Source: a virus (taxonomy: Duplodnaviria; Heunggongvirae; Uroviricota; Caudoviricetes). From it: 64,000 bases of DNA. Positions 36,424-46,011 of this stretch are shown here, in pieces. Location: IMG/VR virus record IMGVR_UViG_3300042868_014220, one strand, 5' to 3'. The position numbers were made by a program, and so were the translations under genes. The notes below the pieces were generated by a model. The model had not been told where the DNA came from and did no database searches. It was given only the letters and a program-made list of their open reading frames with translations. How positions within the stretch are numbered: the stretch's first letter is position 1; the number at the start of each line of letters is the position of its first letter.

Positions 36424-37559
36424 ACAACCTAGATAAACAATACACAGACCTACTCCAAGACATATTGGATAATGGTGTAACTAAAAAAGATAGAACAGGA
36501 ACTGGTACAATAAGTGTATTCGGTAGACAAATACGTCATAAAATGAGTGATGGTTTTCCATTACTTACAACTAAGAAGATGCCATTCAAAACAATTGTAA
36601 CTGAATTGTTATGGTTTTTAAGAGGTGATACAAACATTAAGTATTTGGTTGATAATAACTGTCATATTTGGGATGGTGATGCTTATAAGAATTATTGTAA
36701 GCACTTTATGGATGAATACTTAGAAAAAAATAAATTAGGTGAGTCTTATAGAAATAGTTTAAGACCATATCCAATAGAAAAATTCATCAACAAAATCAAA
36801 ACAGATGATGAGTTTGCTAAACAGTGGGGTGAATTAGGTCCAATTTATGGTAAGCAATGGAGAAAATGGACTAAAAAGAAAATGTATCTATCAACAGATG
36901 GTTCATATGAGAATATCTACGATGAAGCTGACCAAACTGTTATTGACCAAATATCAATTCTAATTAACGACCTTAAAACAAATCCAGATTCAAGACGATT
37001 AATGGTTAATGCTTGGAATGTAGGTGAATTAGACCAAATGGTGCTTCCTCCTTGTCATTATGGATTTCAGGTTTATACAAGAGAGTTGAGTTTAGATGAG
37101 AGAGTACAGTTATTAGGAGTAGAAAAAATCAACACAACTGACGCTGGTTATTATGAACATAGCTACGCTAAATTAAAAGTAGATGAAGAGAATATTCCAA
37201 CCAGAGCAATCTCTTTAATGTTCAATCAACGTTCAGTAGATACATTCTTAGGTTTACCATTCAACATAGCATCATACGGATTATTGTTAGAAATCATTGC
37301 TAAAACAGTTAATATGGTTCCCGATGAATTAATTGGTAATTTAGGAGACATACATCTTTACCTTAACCATATTGAACAAGCAAAGGAACAAATTGGTAGA
37401 GAACCATTTGAGTTATCTAAGTTAGTAATAAATTCAGGTAATGAAAACTGGCATTTGTTAGACATAGATGAAATTATTAATACCTTTAATACCGATATTA
37501 CATTTAAAGTAGATGGTTATCAGTCCCACCCCACAATTAAAGCACCATTAAGTAATTAA
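36420..37559 (+). CDS. thyA: Thymidylate synthase (ThyA) with two large lineage-specific insertions
   Basis: GTGTISVFGRQIRH, ELGPIYGKQWRKW, LPPCHYGFQVY (Cys nucleophile), LGLPFNIASY, C-terminus HPTIKAPLSN. Confidence 0.85.
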   Translation: MNNLDKQYTDLLQDILDNGVTKKDRTGTGTISVFGRQIRHKMSDGFPLLTTKKMPFKTIVTELLWFLRGDTNIKYLVDNNCHIWDGDAYKNYCKHFMDEYLEKNKLGESYRNSLRPYPIEKFINKIKTDDEFAKQWGELGPIYGKQWRKWTKKKMYLSTDGSYENIYDEADQTVIDQISILINDLKTNPDSRRLMVNAWNVGELDQMVLPPCHYGFQVYTRELSLDERVQLLGVEKINTTDAGYYEHSYAKLKVDEENIPTRAISLMFNQRSVDTFLGLPFNIASYGLLLEIIAKTVNMVPDELIGNLGDIHLYLNHIEQAKEQIGREPFELSKLVINSGNENWHLLDIDEIINTFNTDITFKVDGYQSHPTIKAPLSN

Positions 37560-37562
37560 ATT

Positions 37563-38186
37563 ATGAAATTAAATTCAAATATTCCATCCTTTAAAGGATT
37601 TGTTAAAAAGTCTTATTTTACTAAAAATGAAGAAGACGCAAACGATTATTATGGTGTTTATGTTTTTGGCATTCAATCTTGTGGTGGTCAAATACTTACC
37701 TTTCACGTTATGACTGACACTGGTATGTTGAGAAGTAGAGTACCCTTATCCGAAATCTACACAAAAATTCCGACAAATGATATCCCCTTCAACTTCAAAC
37801 AATTGTGGGATTGTTTCAGTGAAAACGTTTCTGTTATTGAATATGATTTTTTAGCGTTTCACAGAGCTCAGATAGTATTAAGAGACGGAACAAAAGTTTG
37901 GGGTACATATATGTTTACCGTTGATTGGTATAATAATCCATATAGTGATGAACCATCTGATTATAAATGTGGACATATATTTGAATCAGATGAGGGGTAT
38001 TTGTTGTGTCAACCAAATAATAGACTTTTTTGGAGGGATAGTAATTGGGTAACCAAATCACTACCTGAAGATTTAAAACAATTTAAAGTTGATACAGAAA
38101 TTATATCAGTTGAAAATCAATCTGATAGGTGGGTAACTGAAGATAGTAATTCGTTTTACTATGATATTAAAAATAATAATGTATAG
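37563..38186 (+). CDS. Hypothetical protein encoded by putative inserted cassette at thyA 3' end
   Basis: Flanked by synonymous duplicate of thyA last 14 codons (37518-37559 vs 38187-38230). Confidence 0.5.
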   Translation: MKLNSNIPSFKGFVKKSYFTKNEEDANDYYGVYVFGIQSCGGQILTFHVMTDTGMLRSRVPLSEIYTKIPTNDIPFNFKQLWDCFSENVSVIEYDFLAFHRAQIVLRDGTKVWGTYMFTVDWYNNPYSDEPSDYKCGHIFESDEGYLLCQPNNRLFWRDSNWVTKSLPEDLKQFKVDTEIISVENQSDRWVTEDSNSFYYDIKNNNV

Positions 38187-38572
38187 AATTATCAATCACA
38201 CCCAACAATCAAGGCACCATTAAGTAACTAAAAGATAATGTTTAGTTAATATGTATGTTAATCCCACACCATACTTATTAAAAATCGGTAAATTATCTAC
38301 ATACTATACATTATATTATTAATTACAAGTCCAAGTAAAGAACCATTATCTGGTGTTAAAATTGAATTGGTCGGCACAAATAAAACATACTATACTAATC
38401 TAAAAGGACAGGTATCAATTCCGTATAATTCTAATATTAGTTTGAGTTACATATCCTATAGAACAAAAATAATAAACAAGGATAGTATAAAACCTTTTAT
38501 TATATTAACGCCTAGATAAAAAATATGAAATTAAGTTTGGAACATTCCAAACTTTTTTTGTATATTCGCATT

Positions 38573-38920
38573 ATGGAAATTAAGAAAATTACATATAAAG
38601 AAGTTGAACATGAGTTTTTTAAATTAAAACCTGATTTGTTAGATGAATTTGCAACTTATTATGGTTGTTTTATTAAAGAAGAATTGGTCGGTATTGTTTC
38701 ATATGTGGAACATCCTGCAGTAATTTATCTTTGTCACGCTTATGTTAAAGAAGAACATAGAAGTAAAGGTATCTATAAATTATTGTGGCATTACAGGGAT
38801 TCTAAAATTGCTAAAACTGAGAAAGTGGTATATGCTCACTGCAATGTTGATAGTTTGAAATATTTCATCAACAACGGATACAATATTGATAAAGCCCTAT
38901 TTAAAGTAGTAAAAAGATAA
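38573..38920 (+). CDS. GNAT-family N-acetyltransferase
   Basis: VKEEHRSKGIYKLL (R-x-x-G-x-G/A-like motif A). Confidence 0.5.
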   Translation: MEIKKITYKEVEHEFFKLKPDLLDEFATYYGCFIKEELVGIVSYVEHPAVIYLCHAYVKEEHRSKGIYKLLWHYRDSKIAKTEKVVYAHCNVDSLKYFINNGYNIDKALFKVVKR

Positions 38921-38924
38921 TACT

Positions 38925-39119
38925 ATGTTTAGGGTTTTAATTTTGATGTTATTAATAAGTTCGTGTGAAAAAGACGACTTTATTGGTAATAGTGTTGAAC
39001 CTATAAAGGTTACTAAATCAAATAAAATATATTATAGAAAAAGAAAATTTAGGTTATTTAAGGGAAAGACATATAAAGTTGCAAAATATCCACGGAAAAC
39101 TTCCTCATTAAACGATTAA
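38925..39119 (+). CDS. Small lipoprotein-like protein
   Basis: LLISSC lipobox. Confidence 0.4.
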   Translation: MFRVLILMLLISSCEKDDFIGNSVEPIKVTKSNKIYYRKRKFRLFKGKTYKVAKYPRKTSSLND

Positions 39120-39708
39120 CCTTTTCCAATTCAATTTCCATATCTTTAGAGTCCATATATTTCATAACTCCTTGAATCATTTTGTTTTTGGATTCATCTG
39201 CCATTTCTAAAATCTCTTGGAATGTATCATTATCTTCTTCATCTTCACCATAATATCTTTCAATCCATTCTTTACCTGAATATAAAAATGGTGCTGATTC
39301 GAACATATTAACAGGGCTAGCTTCCCTTAATTTCATTAAAAATTTTCTTAAAAATCTCCAATCAAAATTTTCAAATATTTCAGGATTGTCACTAAAGAAA
39401 TTATATTCTGTAGATAACGTATTTGTCTTAGCCTCTTCAATAGGTTTTGGTTCCTCTTTAATCCATCTATCAGTTGCACTTAATAACCCCAACGTACTTC
39501 CGTTATCCCAATCAACAGTAATTATTTCACTATCAACCTCAAATGGGTCTCTAGTTGTACGAGATACGGTTCCAGTAGTGCCCATTGGGACTGATGTTTC
39601 TCCATCCATATGAAGACACATAACCCTATCACCTTTTGTTAATTTTGGATTTAACTCTTTTCTTGGTTTACTCATAACAATAAATATCTTTAGTATATTT
39701 ATTATCAT
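39058..39708 (-). CDS. Hypothetical protein
   Basis: ORF. Confidence 0.5.
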   Translation of the reverse strand: MIINILKIFIVMSKPRKELNPKLTKGDRVMCLHMDGETSVPMGTTGTVSRTTRDPFEVDSEIITVDWDNGSTLGLLSATDRWIKEEPKPIEEAKTNTLSTEYNFFSDNPEIFENFDWRFLRKFLMKLREASPVNMFESAPFLYSGKEWIERYYGEDEEDNDTFQEILEMADESKNKMIQGVMKYMDSKDMEIELEKVNRLMRKFSVDILQLYMSFP

Positions 39709-40326
39709 ATGGATTTTTTAATTAACGAATCTCAACTAAGAATTATCTTACAAGAACAAGACCAGTCTAAGATGACTGATTATATGAAAGAATTATATTC
39801 TTATACAAGTAATCTTGTTGTTAAGGCTAAAAAAAGTTTTGGACTTAATCTAAAGTTTCTTTTGACTTGGGGAACATCTGTTGGTGGTTTGGTTATGCCG
39901 TTGGACGCATATATTCGTACAGGTAGATTTGATTTAACTGAAGAACAGTCGTCTTTAATATTGTTTGGTGTTGCTTGTGCTTATTTCTATGAGAATAGTA
40001 AAGCATTTAAAACAATCTTAGTTAAAATAAAAGAGGAGGGATTAGAGGAAACTTTCAAAGAAGTTTTAATTAAATCTAAAAACCTAAAAGACTCTTTCTT
40101 AAAATTCTTATCGTCAATAAATTCGACATTAGGTTCATCTTCAGATTTATTAGCTTATTCATTTTTAATTCCTATTATTGGTGATATTTTATCTGCAAGT
40201 ACTGATGGTGATTTACAAACAACCGCAATGACAATTGCCAAGAGATTGGTTGCTTCAGGTGTTGTAGTTGTTGGACAAGTTGTTTTAACACAGTTAATTA
40301 AAAAGATTATTAAGAAGTTTTCTTAA
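39709..40326 (+). CDS. Membrane protein with N-terminal INESQL motif
   Basis: MDFLINESQLRIIL; several TM segments. Confidence 0.5.
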   Translation: MDFLINESQLRIILQEQDQSKMTDYMKELYSYTSNLVVKAKKSFGLNLKFLLTWGTSVGGLVMPLDAYIRTGRFDLTEEQSSLILFGVACAYFYENSKAFKTILVKIKEEGLEETFKEVLIKSKNLKDSFLKFLSSINSTLGSSSDLLAYSFLIPIIGDILSASTDGDLQTTAMTIAKRLVASGVVVVGQVVLTQLIKKIIKKFS

Positions 40327-41068
40327 ACATATTTTCCGAGAAATCGTCTCGGAAATAGTCACCATTTGCTTCAGTTTCCATTCCTTCTACGCTACTAATC
40401 CAATAAAATGGATTATAGTAAATTTCAGTATCTTCAATCTTTAAACTTGGTTCTAAAACACGAAATATTATGTCTTGTAATTTATTCAAAAATGACTCCG
40501 AATATTGTAATTTTTCGTTAAATACTTCTGCAAATTTATCAACCATTTTCATATCTAATTCAACGGGATTACCTTCTATTTTGATATTAGATAAACTATA
40601 ACTAAGATATATGTTAATATATTGGTCGGAATCCACTTCATAAAAATTAATTCCTTTTTGAGGTTTAAATGAAATGTTTGCTCCAACACTAAAACGGTTT
40701 GTGTGTATTTCGTTATTTGTTACTGTAATATATTTTACATTCTCGTTTAACGCACGAATAGTCTCATCACAATCTTCAGGATTAATATATACCCCATCTT
40801 TAGGTACGGGTCTTCCGTCCACTAAAATATGTTCCATATACACAATTGGTTCTCCAACATATTTTGATATGTTTCGTATTATCTTTGAAATGTCTCGATT
40901 AAATTTATCTACAGAAAAAGATTGTCCTTTTTTTGGTAGAACAACATTAACAGTAAAATCAATTATAGTGTCATCAAGTTCAACTGAAACAAATTGATAT
41001 TCAAAACCATCTTCAAAATATGGTTTGTACATTAAAAACTTCTTAACTATTTTGAATATTCTTTCCAT
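40310..41068 (-). CDS. Hypothetical protein
   Basis: ORF. Confidence 0.5.
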   Translation of the reverse strand: MERIFKIVKKFLMYKPYFEDGFEYQFVSVELDDTIIDFTVNVVLPKKGQSFSVDKFNRDISKIIRNISKYVGEPIVYMEHILVDGRPVPKDGVYINPEDCDETIRALNENVKYITVTNNEIHTNRFSVGANISFKPQKGINFYEVDSDQYINIYLSYSLSNIKIEGNPVELDMKMVDKFAEVFNEKLQYSESFLNKLQDIIFRVLEPSLKIEDTEIYYNPFYWISSVEGMETEANGDYFRDDFSENMFKKTS

Positions 41069-42057
41069 TAAGCAAGTTCAAGAATTCTACTTATAACTAT
41101 TTCAACCTTTTTAGGTGATAATCTATGTTTTGAGGGGTTCCTTTCAAACCATTTTCTAATTACCTCTTCCAATGGTTTACGTTCTTTTTTTGCTCTTCTT
41201 TTAAAACCAGCAATTTGAGCACCTAATTCATGTTTTTGGGTATAATATTTAAAAGGGTCTTTTGGTTCTCTTTTAGGGATATAATCTCCTCTGTCATATT
41301 GGATAATATGTTCCACTTCATGACGAATCAACTCATTAAGTTCGTAATAAAGTTCTTCCAATAATTCTCGGTCTAAATGAGGATTTGAAATTATCTCTAT
41401 TTCAATATAACCCTCTTCATCATAATAACCACCATCAACATCCACAGTATCTATTTCATCACTCAATTCCAATTTTAATTGAATTGTAAAGTTAGTCTCT
41501 AAGACAGGGAACTCATACGTCATCCCTTTATTGATATCTTCAGGTAATATAAATTCTCCTTCTTTTTGGTATTTGAATACTGACATAACATCTTTAACCA
41601 ATTGTCTTGTCATACTATCATATTTACCTTCGACGATTAAACTTTCATTCATATAATTGGATTTACTAAGATTATTAACAATTCTGGTGCAAGTAACGTG
41701 ATTATCAACCTCAAAGTATTTTAAGAAAGTTCTCAACATAGTACTAATATTAGAAGTTATTAAATAAAAAGTTGTATCTGTATTTACAATTTTGTAATCG
41801 TTTGTTTTTAATACTTCAAATTGAGCATTAAGAAGTTTACGAGCAAAGTCAGTATTAACATCTTCTAAAAATAGAGTATATTCAACAAAGTCTGTCCATT
41901 CACCTACGGATATCATTGGTTTAATCCCTGTTAATTCAACTTTGACCGTAAGTGTAATGGGATGGTTCATCCCACTACCAAATGGACTTTGAATCTCAAA
42001 AGAATGATTTTTTAAGAAATGATTTATTTTTTCTATTGGGAAATCTATTTGGTTCAT
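41068..42057 (-). CDS. Hypothetical protein with HEVEH motif
   Basis: IRHEVEHIIQ. Confidence 0.5.
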   Translation of the reverse strand: MNQIDFPIEKINHFLKNHSFEIQSPFGSGMNHPITLTVKVELTGIKPMISVGEWTDFVEYTLFLEDVNTDFARKLLNAQFEVLKTNDYKIVNTDTTFYLITSNISTMLRTFLKYFEVDNHVTCTRIVNNLSKSNYMNESLIVEGKYDSMTRQLVKDVMSVFKYQKEGEFILPEDINKGMTYEFPVLETNFTIQLKLELSDEIDTVDVDGGYYDEEGYIEIEIISNPHLDRELLEELYYELNELIRHEVEHIIQYDRGDYIPKREPKDPFKYYTQKHELGAQIAGFKRRAKKERKPLEEVIRKWFERNPSKHRLSPKKVEIVISRILELA

Positions 42058-42494
42058 CTATTATAAATACTTGAAAATGGAATTGATAACCCTACACCAT
42101 ACCTAAAACCTTCAGAATAATTTAAACCGAGACAAAAATCCACACCACTCTTATTTTTTGTAACCATTCTTATTGGGAAAATCTTTAACCAAATATCGGG
42201 AACCGTCTCAATACCATTGATATTCTTCTTGACAAATCCTCCACCCATTATACTATATGTGTTTTTTTTATTAACATAGGTAAAACCCATCCGATTCACA
42301 ATAACACTTGGGGTTATGTAAATAAACGGTTGTAGACTACTTGTCGTATAGGTTCCTCCGACATACCATCCGAGTTGTTTGAAGTTATATGAAGTAACTA
42401 AAGCCTGTTGGTTGGGGACATACATAATATCTGTTTGTTGTGCATTGACAATAACATATAAAAATAGTAAGATTGATGTTATTAAACTTTTCAT
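42054..42494 (-). CDS. Secreted outer-membrane beta-barrel-like protein
   Basis: Signal peptide MKSLITSILLFLYVIVNAQQ; alternating beta pattern, C-terminal aromatic. Confidence 0.5.
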   Translation of the reverse strand: MKSLITSILLFLYVIVNAQQTDIMYVPNQQALVTSYNFKQLGWYVGGTYTTSSLQPFIYITPSVIVNRMGFTYVNKKNTYSIMGGGFVKKNINGIETVPDIWLKIFPIRMVTKNKSGVDFCLGLNYSEGFRYGVGLSIPFSSIYNR

Positions 42495-42553
42495 AAAACA
42501 AAGATATAAATATTATTTGATATAATGAAAAAATAAATTTATAATTACAAAAT

Positions 42554-43576
42554 ATGTCACGAATAGAAGAATTAAAAAAACAAAATCCATCATTCTCGGT
42601 CAATTATATTGACATAATTAACAATATATTGCCCAAAAGTATCTATACTGAAATGGCGGTTAATTTACTTAAGAATGACAACTTAAATCGTAAAAATAAT
42701 CAGGAGAGAAAAGACCTTATTAGTGAGTTAGTCAATCAATATAAGGTAGATGAGAAAATACTTGAACCTATGTCATTTATGGAAGTTCATAACACTTTTA
42801 GAACTGTAGCGGATTATTTTGGATATGATAACTTTAAAACAATACAGAAATTTGCAGAATTAAATGATAGAAAATTAATTGAAAATAATGATTTAACATC
42901 ATATAAAAACTTTAAAGAACTTGAACTTCAGATTTCATTATCAGGTTTAAAGGTAATTGATAAAGAATTGGAAAAACAAATACTAAGATTATATGAAACT
43001 GATGAATGGTTGGTAATGAAACCTTTATCTTATTTATCATCATTAAAGTACGGTGCAAGTACTAAATGGTGTACCGCGGCAGATAACAATCCTGAGTATT
43101 TTTACAAATATGTTAAAAGAGGTATTTTAATATATGTGATTAATAAAAAAACAGGTGATAGGGTTGCAGCTTTTAAAACTACTGATACAGGTGAATATGA
43201 TAAAGAAACGTCATTTTGGAATATTACAGACCAAAGGATTGATTCTATGGAAAGTGGTCTATCTTATGAGGTTATGAACGTAATTAGAAATGAATTTACA
43301 AACAATCTAATATCTAATTGGAATATTTTAGATGACAAAGAAAGAAATAGACAGATTTTATGGTTAGAGAATGATTATTATAAATCTAAAAGAGGGAGAC
43401 TTACTATTTTACAAGAGGAAGATGAAATAGCGCCACCAAGGGATGTTAGATTTGAAATATTAACACCTATGGATATTAGTCATGATGTAGTTGAAGACCT
43501 TTACGAAACTTTTGGTGGTGGCTCTGGTGGAATGGTGGTGTTTAACGAGGATAGCGAACCTCAGACATCACAATAA
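42554..43576 (+). CDS. KYGSGTKWCT-family protein
   Basis: MSRIEELKKQNPSFSVNYIDIIN; LVMKPLSYLSSLKYGASTKWCTAADNNPEYF. Confidence 0.6.
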   Translation: MSRIEELKKQNPSFSVNYIDIINNILPKSIYTEMAVNLLKNDNLNRKNNQERKDLISELVNQYKVDEKILEPMSFMEVHNTFRTVADYFGYDNFKTIQKFAELNDRKLIENNDLTSYKNFKELELQISLSGLKVIDKELEKQILRLYETDEWLVMKPLSYLSSLKYGASTKWCTAADNNPEYFYKYVKRGILIYVINKKTGDRVAAFKTTDTGEYDKETSFWNITDQRIDSMESGLSYEVMNVIRNEFTNNLISNWNILDDKERNRQILWLENDYYKSKRGRLTILQEEDEIAPPRDVRFEILTPMDISHDVVEDLYETFGGGSGGMVVFNEDSEPQTSQ

Positions 43577-43613
43577 TGGCTTTTTATTCCAATAAATAGT
43601 CTATATTTGTGAC

Positions 43614-43808
43614 ATGAAAACACTGTTAATAATTTTTCTATTTGTATTACGAATTGTGATAGGACTTAAAGTAATGTTTTGGTTAATTCAGGAATACAAA
43701 TATCCTGATGACCATACATTTCTTGAGATAGAATTCTACTTAGTGTTATTATTACTTGATATTTGGATAACAAAATATAGTAGTATTGAACCTCCTCCTC
43801 AAGAATAG
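43614..43808 (+). CDS. Small membrane protein
   Basis: Two hydrophobic segments. Confidence 0.4.
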   Translation: MKTLLIIFLFVLRIVIGLKVMFWLIQEYKYPDDHTFLEIEFYLVLLLLDIWITKYSSIEPPPQE

Positions 43809-43848
43809 CTTTCCATATTAAAACATATTTATAATAAAACACATAATT

Positions 43849-44649
43849 ATGTTATTGAAAATTGGGTCTAAGGGTAAAGACGTAAAAAAAATCCAAGAAA
43901 AATTAAAACTTAAAACTGATGGAAAATTTGGTGATGATACTTTTGAAGCTGTTAAAAAATGGCAATCTGAAAATGGGTTAGAACCTGATGGTCTCGTTGG
44001 AGAGATTGATTGGTACATAATGTTTCGTAATGAGGTTTCTTCCGTAAAAGGTTTAAATCTTAATAAATTAAAAGGTAATATTCCTGATATTGTCTTGTCT
44101 CAAATTCCTGAAACTGCCAAAAAATTTAAGATTACAACCAACTTAAGATTAGCTCATTTCTTATCTCAATGTGCTCACGAATCTGGCGGTTTTAAAGCGG
44201 TTAGTGAAAATCTTAATTATTCGGTAGAAGGACTTAAAGATATTTTTGGAAAATACTTTCCTGGTAATTTATCTGAATCATACGCTCGTCAACCACAAAA
44301 AATTGCAAATAAAGTTTATGGTGATAGAATGGGTAATGGACCAGAATCCTCAGGAGATGGATTTAAATTTAGAGGTAGAGGTTATATCCAATTAACAGGA
44401 AAATCAAATTATACCAAATTTGGAAAATTCATCGGTGAGGATACAATTGGTAATCCTGATTTGGTTGCCAGCAAATATCCATTAGCTTCTGCAGCATTTT
44501 TCTTTGATTCAAACAATATTTGGGAAACTTGTGATAAAGGTTCTGATGTATCAACAATCACTTCAGTTACCAGAAGAATTAATGGAGGAACCAACGGATT
44601 GGAAGATAGAATAAAATATTTCAACAAATACTACAAATTATTATCGTAA
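43849..44649 (+). CDS. Endolysin: peptidoglycan-binding domain + GH19 (chitinase-like) catalytic domain
   Basis: GSKGKDVKKIQEKL..DGKFGDDTFEAVKKWQ; HFLSQCAHESGGF...GRGYIQLTGKSNY. Confidence 0.75.
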   Translation: MLLKIGSKGKDVKKIQEKLKLKTDGKFGDDTFEAVKKWQSENGLEPDGLVGEIDWYIMFRNEVSSVKGLNLNKLKGNIPDIVLSQIPETAKKFKITTNLRLAHFLSQCAHESGGFKAVSENLNYSVEGLKDIFGKYFPGNLSESYARQPQKIANKVYGDRMGNGPESSGDGFKFRGRGYIQLTGKSNYTKFGKFIGEDTIGNPDLVASKYPLASAAFFFDSNNIWETCDKGSDVSTITSVTRRINGGTNGLEDRIKYFNKYYKLLS

Positions 44650-45065
44650 TGGAAGAGTCAGAAGTAATGTATAATAGCGAATTTTTACCAAGTGTTAAAA
44701 TTGCTGTAGTGTTTGAAAATAATCCACAATATGAAACATTAAAAGAATATTTTGATGAATATGGTTACGGGTTTATGGTACCAGGTAATAATATGGTAAT
44801 TATTGATGGCGAACAACTGGTTAATGGTCTTGGTCCTGAAGCATTAAAATTTATTGAAGCTCATGAAATATCTCACGTCATTATGGGTCACGATGGTCCA
44901 AGAAATGAAGATGAGGAATTGGATGCAGATTTGGGAGCATACATTCTATTATCAAAGTCAGGTAATACGGATTCAATTAAAACTTTATTGAAACAATTTA
45001 AAAATAGGCATGGGGTAAGATTCAGTAAAAAACTTTTAGATAGGGTAACACATTACTTCAATTAA
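44649..45065 (+). CDS. Putative zinc metalloprotease (HExxH)
   Basis: IEAHEISHVIMGHDG. Confidence 0.5.
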   Translation: MEESEVMYNSEFLPSVKIAVVFENNPQYETLKEYFDEYGYGFMVPGNNMVIIDGEQLVNGLGPEALKFIEAHEISHVIMGHDGPRNEDEELDADLGAYILLSKSGNTDSIKTLLKQFKNRHGVRFSKKLLDRVTHYFN

Positions 45066-45154
45066 GATATGTTATATCATTTTATAAAAGACCTGTTAAT
45101 TTATTTTGACAGGTCTTATTTTTTTATTATCTTTGTATTCTAAATTTAAATAAA

Positions 45155-45397
45155 ATGGCATCAACAAGTAAACATTACGGAGACGTAAATAAGTGGATAG
45201 AAAGAGTTATTGATTCATGCACCACTCCATTGCAGGAGTGTTCTGTAAGAAGATTGATTAGATTGTTTGGAGAAGATTTGGAACGAAGTGGTGAGATTGA
45301 TAATGCCACAATAAGCTATATGCAAAGTGCTTTAAGATATAGGTTAGATGAGAAAAAGTATTCACGAATAGAAAAGGAATTAGAAAATGGAAATTAA
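45155..45397 (+). CDS. Small hypothetical protein
   Basis: TTATCTTTG promoter element upstream. Confidence 0.45.
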   Translation: MASTSKHYGDVNKWIERVIDSCTTPLQECSVRRLIRLFGEDLERSGEIDNATISYMQSALRYRLDEKKYSRIEKELENGN

Positions 45398-45989
45398 ATT
45401 TGCTGATAGTTTTGGTGATAGTATCAAAACACTAATAAGACACAACACTTGGTGGTATAAAATATACGATTTATTTCGTTATGACTTACCACGATTTTTC
45501 AAAAACATTTGGAGATTTAGAAAAGCATTATGGAATCACTATTGGTTTGACCATCACGGAACTTTAATGTTCCTTGAAACAGGATTAACTCATATTTCCG
45601 ATACTCTTGAAAAACACGGAAATGAAATTGATGAACCTAGATTAAAAAAGGTTGCAGTCATGCGTAGAGCAATCCAAATAATTCAAAACTACAACAATGA
45701 CTTCCCATATATTGAGATGGCGGAGAAAGAACTTGGTGAGTTGGTCATTCGTGATTGGAAGTTTGAATCAGTTCCTGACAAACCAAATTTAAGTAGATTG
45801 GTTGATAATGAAACCGAAGAGGAAAGTGCACACAATCGTAAAGTTTATAAAAGAGCTCATGAAATTGAGGAACAAGAATGGAGTGAATTATTTGAAATCT
45901 TGAAGGGTCAGGATTATACCAAATTTGATAAAGATAAAGATTGGTATAAACAATTTGATGGTTCAGGATTAAAAGGTTGGTGGGATTGA
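45387..45989 (+). CDS. Hypothetical protein
   Basis: ORF. Confidence 0.5.
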   Translation: MEIKFADSFGDSIKTLIRHNTWWYKIYDLFRYDLPRFFKNIWRFRKALWNHYWFDHHGTLMFLETGLTHISDTLEKHGNEIDEPRLKKVAVMRRAIQIIQNYNNDFPYIEMAEKELGELVIRDWKFESVPDKPNLSRLVDNETEEESAHNRKVYKRAHEIEEQEWSELFEILKGQDYTKFDKDKDWYKQFDGSGLKGWWD

Positions 45990-46011
45990 TAAAAAGTATT
46001 ATATTTGCATT

